Assembly: GCA_018817505.1 (NCBI GenBank)
Contig: JAHITR010000021.1
Span: forward strand, 1,077-65,076
DNA from: Candidatus Bipolaricaulota bacterium
GTDB lineage: Bacteria > Bipolaricaulota > Bipolaricaulia > UBA7950 > UBA9294
Length of the DNA stretch: 64,000 nucleotides
Reading direction: 5' to 3'
Shown: piece by piece, positions 26,407-37,300 of the stretch
Position numbering within the stretch: position 1 is the first letter of the stretch
How the letters are laid out: every line of letters starts with the position of its first letter
The notes under the pieces: generated by a model
What the model was told of the DNA's origin: nothing
The model's input: the letters and a program-made list of their open reading frames with translations, nothing else
The model's database searches: none
Position numbers and translations under genes: made by a program

Positions 26407-26933
26407 TTCGGCGCTGGACTCTGCAACAGGTGGCGCGTGGCGCTTTCGTTCTGCTCATTCTTCTTTGTGTAATCCCGCTTACCGTTCAGCGCTTGCGCGA
26501 ACCGCCAGGTCCTTCAATTGAGATTGTGTCTGCGAGCGGCGAGGTCCGAAAGGTTACGCTTTCGCAGATGAAGGCGATGTCTGTGCTGACGCGAGCAGGC
26601 AGCTATGAAAACCAATACGGGAATTGGCGAGACGAAGGTGTGTATTCTGGCATTCTGCTGATTGATCTGGTAGGGAATGCCGACTATTCATCGATCGATG
26701 TAGTCGCAGGTGACGGCTATCGCATCACAGTCGATCCAGAGCGCATACAGAATCCGGACTATCCGATGGTGCTGGCGTTCTGTATGGATGGCGCGGATGT
26801 TCCAGCTTGGGAAGATGGGTTTCGACTCGCCATTCTTCCCGAAGACGGCGGCGTGAGCAACGAAGAGTATGGCGTCGCTTCCGCGGGCAGTTACTGGGTC
26901 ATGCGCGTCGTCAAGCTTATCTCCAATCCGTAA
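26403..26933 (+). CDS. membrane-anchored protein with a single SO-family-fold-like extracytoplasmic domain (paralog of the domains in 21664 and 23167 proteins)
   Basis: ATGA overlap with the EcfT stop and a GAGGAGG RBS. N-terminal TM anchor (AFVLLILLCVIPL), then ...DVVAGDGYRITV...MVLAFCMDGADVPAWEDGFRLAILP...SYWVMRVVKLIS. Confidence 0.6.
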   Translation: MIRRWTLQQVARGAFVLLILLCVIPLTVQRLREPPGPSIEIVSASGEVRKVTLSQMKAMSVLTRAGSYENQYGNWRDEGVYSGILLIDLVGNADYSSIDVVAGDGYRITVDPERIQNPDYPMVLAFCMDGADVPAWEDGFRLAILPEDGGVSNEEYGVASAGSYWVMRVVKLISNP

Positions 26934-27099
26934 CGTGTGGCGATCGAAATCGGCAACGATTCGAAGCATTTGCGTCAGACAGATCATGGCAAGCTAGAAG
27001 AGTTCCCTCCGCCTTGGAGATGTGGCATGGCTGAAAGGCCGACATTTGCGGTACTTCGTATGGAGAGGACATTCTGCAGTAGAGTGTACGCCTTTGCTG

Positions 27100-28248
27100 C
27101 TACCAGAGAACGCGGAATGTCCATGCCAACTCCCAATTGGAGCTGGCAAGGGGAAACTCTCCATCGAAGGCAAATGCAAAATTGGAGAACAGCTGGAATT
27201 CAAAGGATACGGTAATGAGCCCCATGCCAAACAAGGTTCCCGAAGGTGCCGGAGGGCGCTCAAAATAAGCGTCGATCTCAAGGTTGCCTTCTGATCCGCA
27301 GCATGATGGCAAGCAGGCTGAAATTCCGAATCGTTCGAAATAAGCGGCCTTCCCCGTGATGGAACTATTCTTGGCATCATCCAGCGAATCTGCAAACGTG
27401 AACGTCACGCAGTCGCTCACAGTGCATTGGCCGCGGATTCCATAGAAGCCCAGATTTTGAATCGTCAGCGGAGGCGCAACGGCAATCTCCCCCAGCAATT
27501 CGATATCTGAACAGAAGAACCAGGAGGGGGTAAATCTCAATGTCGGTGTGAGAACCTTCTCCTCTGCCGAGAAGACGATGGCTGCATCGAACGTGCCCTT
27601 GATTCCCCAGAAGTCCTCAAACAGGACAAGATCCGTCAATGTTGTCGTGATATTTCGAAATCCACTCGTGCAGTCAAATGCAGCACAAATCCCCATCGTG
27701 GCGAAACAGTCAAACCAAACCCAGTTTCCACATACGCTGGCCTCCCAGAATTCCAGGGGGCAGATTCCCAGCTTGATACTGCCTTGGAAACTGATGTCAT
27801 TAGCTGCTCCTGTGACAGACCACTGTGTGTAGGAATTTGTCTGAGGATCCACAACGCTGGTGACATTGGAGAATGCCAGATCCAGCAACGTGAAGGTCGC
27901 TCCAGATTGCCAAGAAATGAACGAGACGGTGGAAGGATTGAATCGAAGAGACGAGTTGAGGTTGATACCGCCCAACGGAGCGGAGGCAGAAAGAGATAGC
28001 GTATCGAATGAAGAATTCGACAGTCGAGCGTCCAATGATGCCGACGCCTCACCCCACCCTAGCACGAGGTTGATCGACGTTTTCGTAAGTGAGGCGGGCG
28101 TGGTCGGGGTGGTGGTAATGGTCAGGTCAAACAGCCCGCCGAGTGTTAGATTGGATCCTTGACCGTTCGCGGTCAACGCAAATCCTGTCAGCGATATGAA
28201 TGCACAAATCCCAATCAGCAGCAATCGTCTTGTCCGGTTCGTCTCCAC
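27100..28248 (-). CDS. secreted hypothetical protein (382 aa, Ser/Thr/Cys-rich, ends ...FRVLW); last gene of the giant-adhesin block
   Basis: GTG start with the signal peptide METNRTRRLLLIGICAFISLTGFALTANGQ. It lies 102 nt downstream of the 5131-aa gene on the same strand. Confidence 0.55.
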   Translation of the reverse strand: METNRTRRLLLIGICAFISLTGFALTANGQGSNLTLGGLFDLTITTTPTTPASLTKTSINLVLGWGEASASLDARLSNSSFDTLSLSASAPLGGINLNSSLRFNPSTVSFISWQSGATFTLLDLAFSNVTSVVDPQTNSYTQWSVTGAANDISFQGSIKLGICPLEFWEASVCGNWVWFDCFATMGICAAFDCTSGFRNITTTLTDLVLFEDFWGIKGTFDAAIVFSAEEKVLTPTLRFTPSWFFCSDIELLGEIAVAPPLTIQNLGFYGIRGQCTVSDCVTFTFADSLDDAKNSSITGKAAYFERFGISACLPSCCGSEGNLEIDAYFERPPAPSGTLFGMGLITVSFEFQLFSNFAFAFDGEFPLASSNWELAWTFRVLW

Positions 28249-28350
28249 GCTTTGATTGTCATGGCAGAGTCAATGAAATGCGGGGAAACCCTACACAGGC
28301 GAACGAGACGTTCGCCTGTGATAGGGATCACAAAGGCAGGGCTTGGGATC

Positions 28351-31300
28351 CTAGGGCATCAACCCAAACCAAACGGGCAGAATGCCGCTATGCCTCGCAA
28401 ATACGGATGCAATGCCCAAACAGCGGCTGTGGGTGTGGAGATCCCAGAAATGGGTCGGCGAGATCAGCTGCACTCGATCCTCTACGATATGGGTCAGAAG
28501 TAGCCTCGACGCAGCACGCAGCGCATCGGCTTGCTCAGAAGGATGGGTGGCCAAAGCTGCCAGGAGATCGACGATGACGCTTAGCTGTCCCGGCGTGTGG
28601 CCCCATCCTCGAACAGCCTGCGGGGAGAGGATGTAGCCATCGATCTCTGGCCTATAGGCCTGAGCCATGAATGCTCTCCAATCACCCAAAACAGCCGATT
28701 GATAACCAAGATCACCTAGTGAATCACCAGCGAGGATCAAGACGAGGAGGCGACTGGCTTCCTCAATGGCATGGACCTCAGATCCTTGATCCAGAGCGCG
28801 TTGTGCCATGGCGCTCAGGATGCTATCTGCTGTACTACGCTCGCGAGTAAGAATATCCCTGCTCATCGCGATGGCCTTGGCCGCCATGCTGTGATCATAC
28901 CATCGAGCCACGGATGATGCGTCTGCAGTTTCCAGCGGCTCGGCGAATGCGCGAATCTCGGGATTCCAATGACGAACAAGCTGCTCGAACGTCTCCGTGG
29001 CCAGTTGCTCGGCCAATCGCTGCCCTCGGCTGTCGAGCACACCAGGCTGTGCTGCAGCGATCAATCCGATCAGCAGGGATGCCTGATCATAGACCGTACT
29101 ACGTGTATCACTGACGCCATAGGAGACATCTTCTCCTGCGACGATTGCACGCAGGGCATGAGGAAGGTACGGAGCCCCCGATTCGTTGAGAATCGTGGAC
29201 GTCGCGATCCATGAGAGCTGATTGTCGAGGGCGAATCGAACCCACGCCGCCAAGTAGCGATGAAGGGGGGTGTCGGTTCGGGCGCATGACACCACGTATT
29301 GAGCCTCGCGTGCCAATGTCCAACCAAGAGCTGCGGGGGTGATCACGGCGCTGGTAGGGGGGAACCCCAAGCCGTTTGCCAAGGTAGGAACGCCGCTTTC
29401 ATAGGGCAGGAAGATTGAGGAGCCAAATGAAGGAATTTCAGGCAGATCTGACGCAAGGGCGAAACGATTCAGAGTGTCTTCTAGACTGACCGTGCGGTTG
29501 TCCGTTGTTGGCAGTTGTGGAGCGTAGCGAACAGGGACACCCAGTCCAGATTCACCTAACAGGACCCCGACATTCTCATCTGCGAGCTCATGGGCCAGTG
29601 TTGCATACCGCCAATTCAAATCTGGGATGCAGGCCAACGCGTCTAGCGCGGTCGCCAGGTGCATGGCTTCATCGGTCATGTACTCAGCTTCAAGTGTTTC
29701 GAGAACGCCAGCCATTCCCGTTTCTTGCGATTGGATCTCGACGTCAGCGCATGCCTCACGCGGAGGTTGCGGCTCGCCCGCGACGTTCTCATACGTGAGT
29801 GTGGCACAGTTCTGAAGCAGATCGCCGACTGCGGTATCTGCATCGACGCGAGCGAGAATCTGCCACGTACGCTCTTCAGTTGGCAGAAGATCGTCAAAGC
29901 TCCATTGGATCAAGGGATTGTCTTGTTCGCGGACAGGGTCGGTCGCAATGACCGTGACCCCCGCAGGGAGGAGATCTTCAAGAACCAGATTGTAGAACGT
30001 CTCATCGGTGATGTTCTCAGCGGAAAGAGTGTAGCGAATCGTGTCGCCTGGCTCGGCCCAGTCAGCCCCTTGCGACAGCACCGGCGATTGGAAGCAGGCG
30101 AGGGCGTCAAATACAGGGGCAAGCGAGCGTTCTGCTGCGATCGAGGGGGCTTGAGACGAAACCAAGCCTCCCGGCAGATGCAGCGGGACTCCGTCCAGAA
30201 TGCGATCGATATGTGACGCTAGCCTCGTCTCGAGCTGCCATCGATCCACACCCGTGAGCTGGTTGGCCATACGAGATAGCGCATCAACTGCCAAGGCGAA
30301 ATCGAGCGGGGTGACGCACCATTCAAGTAGCGAGCTTTGTGTCCGATAGACGAATAGCGACGGATCCCAGAATCGCGCATCAAGCGTTTTGAATGCGTCA
30401 AGGACAACCTCTGCCTTCAGTCCGAGCCAGCGCTGAGCTATCTGTAGCGCGCGCAATGCAGCGGTTTGTCCGGCGAAAGTCTGACGATCACAATCAACAG
30501 ACGACTCAGGAATGACAGGCCAGGACTCGTCGAATCCTCCGCGGGCATCCACGAGAGTCTCCCGGAGGAATGATACTTCCTTGGAGAGGAGGACCAGCGC
30601 TCGGCTCCCGATGCTGGAGCTCTCCCCGAAAGACTCCAGAATATGATTTAGGGCAGTTGCCAACATGCCAAGATTGACGAGGGAAACGGAATCTGAGCGA
30701 ATCCATCCGCTGAGCGTCGGACTGGCCTCTTCGACGAGGATGTCTGCCACAGGGTCGAGATGAGCAACCTCTAGTGTGCGCATGACGTCCTCCGCAAGTC
30801 CCAGAACCATGCTTCGCCAGTCCGTGCTTGGGAACGGTTGCGCGTCTAGGATCGATTCGATCCTCGAGTCCGATAACAGTGAGTAGGTCTCAGATAGTCC
30901 AAGCAAGAGCGACAGTTGATCGAAGATCGAGCTTCCGCGATCAAGCGTATTCCAGGAATACGCAGCACCTAGGTTCCGCGCCGTGGCATGAGGGACATAC
31001 GAGACGTCGTTGGGGCCTAACTGCTGCAGTTCTCGCAAGACAACGATCTTTTGAAGGATCGACGCCAGAAGCACACGCTGACGGAATGCTTCATACGATT
31101 CTCTGTCTTCAAGATCGAGCAGCTGGCGCGCCTCCTGTGCTTCGCGTAGGAGCGTCATGCCTTGAGCAGACGCCAGGACTCGCGTGTCGAACGTGCTGGG
31201 ATTCCAGGTCAGGGTGTTCATGCCTGTTTCCGGGCTTCCCGCAGCATACGGAATGGCGATTGGAGCCAAAGAATCGGCAACCAGCGGGAAGTTGGTTTCA

Positions 31301-34300
31301 GAGGCGAATCCCTCAATGGCTGACTGTAAATCGGGCATGTCGTCGAATCGAATCCCCAGACCTGAATGCAATGTAACGGCATTGAGGTTGGCGTCCGCGT
31401 AGTCTTCGATTGCTGCGACGCGATCCTGGATCACGAAGGCCGCGAACATGGAGATATCCGTCTGATACCAAGGATCACGCTCGACGACAGACCAGCCCCT
31501 GCATGAATCCTCTCCGGGATTCTCGTTATCCAGACAGAGTCTCTGCTGGAGCACAGGGGCCAGACGGCCGAGGATGCCATCTGTGGAGACCGGGGCAATC
31601 GTTCCCGTGCTACTGAGGTGTGAAAAACTTGCGTTGGCAGGAGAAGCATTGGCCAACTGGAGCGCTGCATCATCGACGATCGTTCGGATGAATCCGCTCA
31701 TTCGACTCAGGATGTGAGCACTGCGTTCTTCTGTTGATTGAAGCGCGAGTTCACGCAATGCACCTGTCGCTAGGCCAATCTCAAGGGGAGTGTAGCAATA
31801 GACCTTCTCGTCAGAGGTTGCGAAGCTTGCGTACAGCCCGGATCCCATTTCGCCAACCCACATTCGGTCGTCCAGGGCGTTGAACGCAGATTGTGCGGAG
31901 GTCAAAGCACCAACGACGAGGTCGGATCCGGCAACCAACCCTCGAATCCCTGCCAATTGAGGCAACAGAGCCCACGCGTTCTCTGGGATTGATGTCTCGG
32001 CTACCGAGAACCAACCCGCATCATTCTGTCGCGCGATAAGGGCGATTATCGCGAGACGTTGTAGATCAGTAAGCATCTCCCTGTCGCTCTCTGCGACGAC
32101 ATCCTGTGCACTCTCCAATGCCACGAGGAGCAAACCCAGGTCACGTGTTGTGGCTGCATCGCCGTTCGCTTGTCCCGGACCCACTCTGTTTATCCATTGC
32201 CGATCTGCTGTGAGATGGAGTGCGTTGATGGCAACAAGCGTCTCGTGTAGGACGTTGGCGACAGAATGGAGCACCCGGTTTCGAAGATCGCTTTCCTCTG
32301 CAGGCCAAGCACTTTCCAAAGACCCAACAAGAGATGATGCCTCAGACAATCCCCAGAGCAACGATAGCTGATCGAAGAGAGTGCTGTCGTCATCGACGAC
32401 TGTGGTGTCGGACGTATCAAGGTTCCATCGTGACGCATGCGGAATATAGGGTGTGTTGTGGTCCGGGCGAAGCGTGAGATTGCTCTCCAGGGCGATGATT
32501 TTGTTCGAAAGGATATCCAGGAGGACCCATCCCAGGAAGTGGTCGAGCGGGACGGCGCTGGCAAGCAACGTTTCAATCTCCATGGACTGTTTGACTAGGC
32601 CCATGCCCAGCGCACTGGCGACAATATCCTCGTCTGTCACAGTCCAGTGTCCAGAAGGGCCCAAGAGCCCGTCATCCCATACGTCATAAATGGGCTCTCC
32701 ACCTTCATATTCGAGGAAGATCCACTGTTCAGCCAACGGCAGTGAGGCATTGGCAACTTCGGCTCTCGTGGCCAATTCACTCAGTCGCTGTTCCAGAATT
32801 GCCGTGGCAGACAAGTTTCGGGCCTCAGCCTGTTCCAGAATCAACGGAGCATGGATCAAACCAACGCCCAAGGAGGAGAGCACGTCGACTTGCATAAGAT
32901 TGTCGAATGCATAGTCGGCCGTTTCGGATCCGACCGTGCGTATCCACGTTGGGAGCAACGATTCAGGGATCAAGCTCGCAGCATCGGGAACAGAATGAAG
33001 AAGTTCAAATTCAGCAGCGGCATACATGGCAATGTCCGTCTGGAACCACAATCTGTCCACAGTTGCATTCCATGTCTCGCAGACGTTGTCAGAGAGAACC
33101 TCTGATGTCTTGCGAAGGATCGGCAACGGAACGAGGCTTCCGCCTTCCCCTTGGGCATATGCGGATCTGCCGATGAGGGTGACTTGGGAGGCGTCATCGG
33201 GGTCGACATCGCCGGGGACCGATTCTCTTTGATCTTCGGGTATCGCAGTGCCGCTTGGGTCGAGGCCCGTCGCCTTCATGGTATTCGTATAGGCAGACCC
33301 GTCATAAATGGGGCCCGTGACGAAGGCAAGGAATCGAATCTCTAGACGATCGCCGGGACGCAGCGTGGCATTGAGCGACCACTGCAAGCCACTGAATCCT
33401 GCGAAAGGATCGGCAAACGAGCTGCCAAGTGGCCAAGCGGCGCTTGACGTGGCGTCGACATATCCGAATGCAGTTGGGAGCTGATCTGTGATATTGACAT
33501 TGCTCGCAGTGGCTGCCCCGACGTTTTGCACCGTCAGTGCAAACTCAACAATGTCGCCCTCTTCAATTCGGTTATCGTAGAGCGGGGCGCCGGATCGGAT
33601 GATCTCGGTCACTCTTTTGGTCGTCACCAAGGCAGGAACCTCTGCGATGCCGGTCAGAGAAACGTCATCACGATCATCGAGATCTGTGTCGCTGGGGACA
33701 TCGCCTGAACGATTGGGCGGAATCTGAGTTCCCAGCCCGTCCGTTCCCTCGGCCTCCAAAACGTTCGTGTAGACACTTCCCGGATTCACACCTCCATTGA
33801 CCAACGCCTCGAATGTCAGCGTCAACGTATCTCCAGGGCTCAACGTCGCATCTGTGTCCCACAGCAGTGCGGGGCCGGGAGCGCCCGTCGGGTTGCGTGT
33901 GAAGACGCCAATACGATAGGGCCACGTCCCTTGCGTGCTGCTGGATACGAAGGAGAACGGGCTGGGCAGCGCATCGCGCACGCCAACTTCATAGGCGGTT
34001 CCACCTCCCACGTTGGTCACGAGTAGCTGGTAGGTCACCAGATCAAAGGCCTGTACGGTATCCTTGGCACCTAGTGAGCTGCCATTGCGAACGACATTGA
34101 GAATCGCCTTGTCCGTAATGAGTGCGGGAACGGCTCCCATCAGGCTGACGGCACTGGAATCGTCCGGATCATCATCTTCTGGCGCGACAGATCTGTTGTC
34201 AGGCGGAATCGGGGTGCCGACTGAATCTTTGCCGGTTGCGATTACGATGTTCGTATAGACTTTGCCTTGCTGGATTTGTGACGTCACCAAGACATCGAAA

Positions 34301-37300
34301 CGAACGACGAGTTCCTCTCCTGAATCGAGATTTGCGTTCAGAGTCCATACCAATGTCGGACCAGGTACCCCCGTCGGATCACTGGTGGAGCTTCCTGATG
34401 GCCAGGACGCGACCGTATGGCCCTGATAGTGGAACCCTGCAGGCAGTATGTCTCTCATATTGACTGCCTGTGCTGGGCCTGTCCCCACATTGGCGACAGC
34501 AACCTCGTAGGTCACGACATCGCCAGGTTCAACTATCGAATCTGTGAGAGTTGTCCCTTGCCGATTGATGGAGACGACAGACTTCCTGGTGACAAGTGCT
34601 GGCGCGCCAACCCGTACCGAGGCAATGCCCGTATCATCGGCATCAGGATCCTCTACATCGTCGTCAGACGTGTCTCCGATACTTGCGTTCTCTGGGGGGA
34701 TCTGCGTTCCTGCGCCATCGACTCCGGCTGTCGAGACTGTGTTCACGAGATCGATGCCAGGCGCGGCGGAAGGTGTAACGAGAACGGTGTACACGGCGGT
34801 CAGTTCTGCTCCGCCATTGAGAGTCGCGTCGATCGAAGTGGAGAAGGTGGTTGCCCCATCGGGCAGCAATAGCGATCCACTTGTTGATGGAGAGGAAACC
34901 GTATAGCTACCGCTGTTCCCAGGCGCGGTCGTTTCTGTCTCCAATCCAGCAGGAATAGAATCGGTAAATTCCACGGCATAGGCAGTCCCGAGCCCGACGT
35001 TTCGAATTGTTACTGTGTATTCGACTACATCGAGGTACAGCAGTGGATCGACTATGCCAATGGGGACTCCGCCGCGAATCACGTTGGTCACACGTTTGTC
35101 CAACGTGAGCGCAGGCTGTCGCGTCTCCAGAATCACGATGCCTGTGTCGTCGGCGTCGGGGTCCTCTGCATCGTCATCCGACACGTCACCCACGTCAGCA
35201 TTCTCACTCGGAATCGGATTGCCTGCCCCATCAACACCCGTAGCGGCGGCGACGTTGATGAGATCCACGCCCTGCTGAATCGCGCTGGTGACGTAGGCCG
35301 TGTACTGGGCAACGAGCTGGCCTCCGCCATCGATTGTTGCATGGATGGTTGTTGTGAATGCACTCACACCGTCGGCTAGTCCGGCCAGCGGTGCGTTGCT
35401 TACCGAAGGATCGGTCACATCATACGAACCGGCGATTCCCGGCGCATTGATCTCGGTCACCATGCCAACAGGCAGGGTGTCCGTGAAGTCCACGTTGTAG
35501 GCCGTTCCGAGGCCGACATTGCGGATCGTGTAGCTGTAGAAAACCACGTCGCCCGGCTCGACCGGCTCGGCGATGCCAATGCTCAACCCACGGCGGATGA
35601 TTTGGGTGATGATCTTGTCCACGGACAGGGCCGGCTTCTCAGTTCCGATGACGGCGATGCCCGTATCGTCTGCGTCTGGATCTTCAGCATCGCTGTCGCT
35701 CGTATCTCCGATTGCTGGATTCGCATCTGGAATCTCGGTTCCGAATCCATCGAATCCGATGGCTTCCGCTGTATTGACGAGATCGACGCCCTGTTCGATA
35801 CCACTGGTGACCACAGCAGTGAAGTCTGCGGCGAGCACCGCTCCGCCAGCGATTGTTGCGCCGAGCGTCGTGGTGAAGGTGACAGCTCCCGCTGCCAGAC
35901 CGAGCGATCCACTGTCAGCTGGAGCCGAGACCGAGTACGTTCCCCCTACCACGGTTTGCATGCCTGGAGGCAGCGTGTCGGAGAACTCGACTTCGTAGGC
36001 GGTGGCACCGCCCACATTTGTGACCGCGAAACGGTACGACACAACATCTCCGGGCTCTACCGGTCCTGAGATACCGATACTGGCACCGCCGCGAGTGATG
36101 TCTGTGATCGTTTTGTCCACTGACAGCGCTGGCACGAGGACGCCAACGGTCACGATGCCCGTGTCATCGGCGTCCGGGTCTTCTGCATCCGTATCACTGG
36201 TATCTCCAAGAAGCACGTTCTCCGGTGGAATGGCCGTACCATCTTCCCGCTCGCCGTACGCGTGAGCGGTGTTGGTGAGTTGATCGCCTTGGGCCACAGC
36301 ACTGGTGACAATGGCAGTGAACGTTGCTGTCAGCGTCTCGCCGGCATTTACGGTCAACCCGAGAGGGGCGTTGAACGCTGTGGCTCCATCGCTCAAGCCG
36401 AGCGATCCGCTTGCAGCGGGGGCTCCCACGACGTAGCTTCCCGCATTCCCAGGGGCGTTCGTTTCCGTGACGATGCCTGCAGGTAGCGTGTCATCAAACC
36501 CTACGCTGTATGCCGGCACAGGGCCGACGTTCTCGATCATGAACTGATACACAATGACGTCACCGGGTTCTACGGGCCCGGTGATGTTTCCGATGCTGAC
36601 TCCCCTACGAAGGATGTCTGCGATGACCTTGTCTACGGACAAAGCAGGAGTTGCGTACCCGAAATCCTGTTCGCGATTGTGCTCGCCCGCAGCAAGCACG
36701 TAGTCCGACGTGTGTGCAGTGCCGAGGCCATCGTAGTCGTAGGTTTGCGCCAATCCATCAGGAAGCGTGGTGTCATCAACCGTGATCGTATAAGCACCTG
36801 CTGGCAAGAAATCGAATAAATAGAGACCGTTCGCATCCGTCGTTGTGGTCAGGATTTCATTGATGCCGTCTCCGTCCACATCGCCCTGGAGCGTCACCGA
36901 GACATTCGCGATACCATTTTCAGATGGATCTTGGACGCCATCTCCATTGATATCGAACCAGACATAGTCGCCGATGGAGCCGCTGCCCCGATAGCCGAAA
37001 TCTTGCTCCCGGTTGTGCTCGTTCTCGGCCAACGTGTAATCCGAGGTGTGCGCCGTGCCCAGACCGTCATAATCGTAGGTCTGATTGAGACCGGCGGGCA
37101 GTGTGTTCACTTGGACAGTGATGGTGTAGTTGCCAGCTGGTAGATCATTGAATACGTACTCGCCATTGGCGTCTGTCGTCAGCTCAGCCGTGTAGTCGAT
37201 GAAGCCATCATTGTCGAGGTCCCCTTCAATGATCACGATGACGCCAGGGATGCCGTCCTCACCAGGATCTTGAACACCATCGCCATCGAAATCGAACCAG

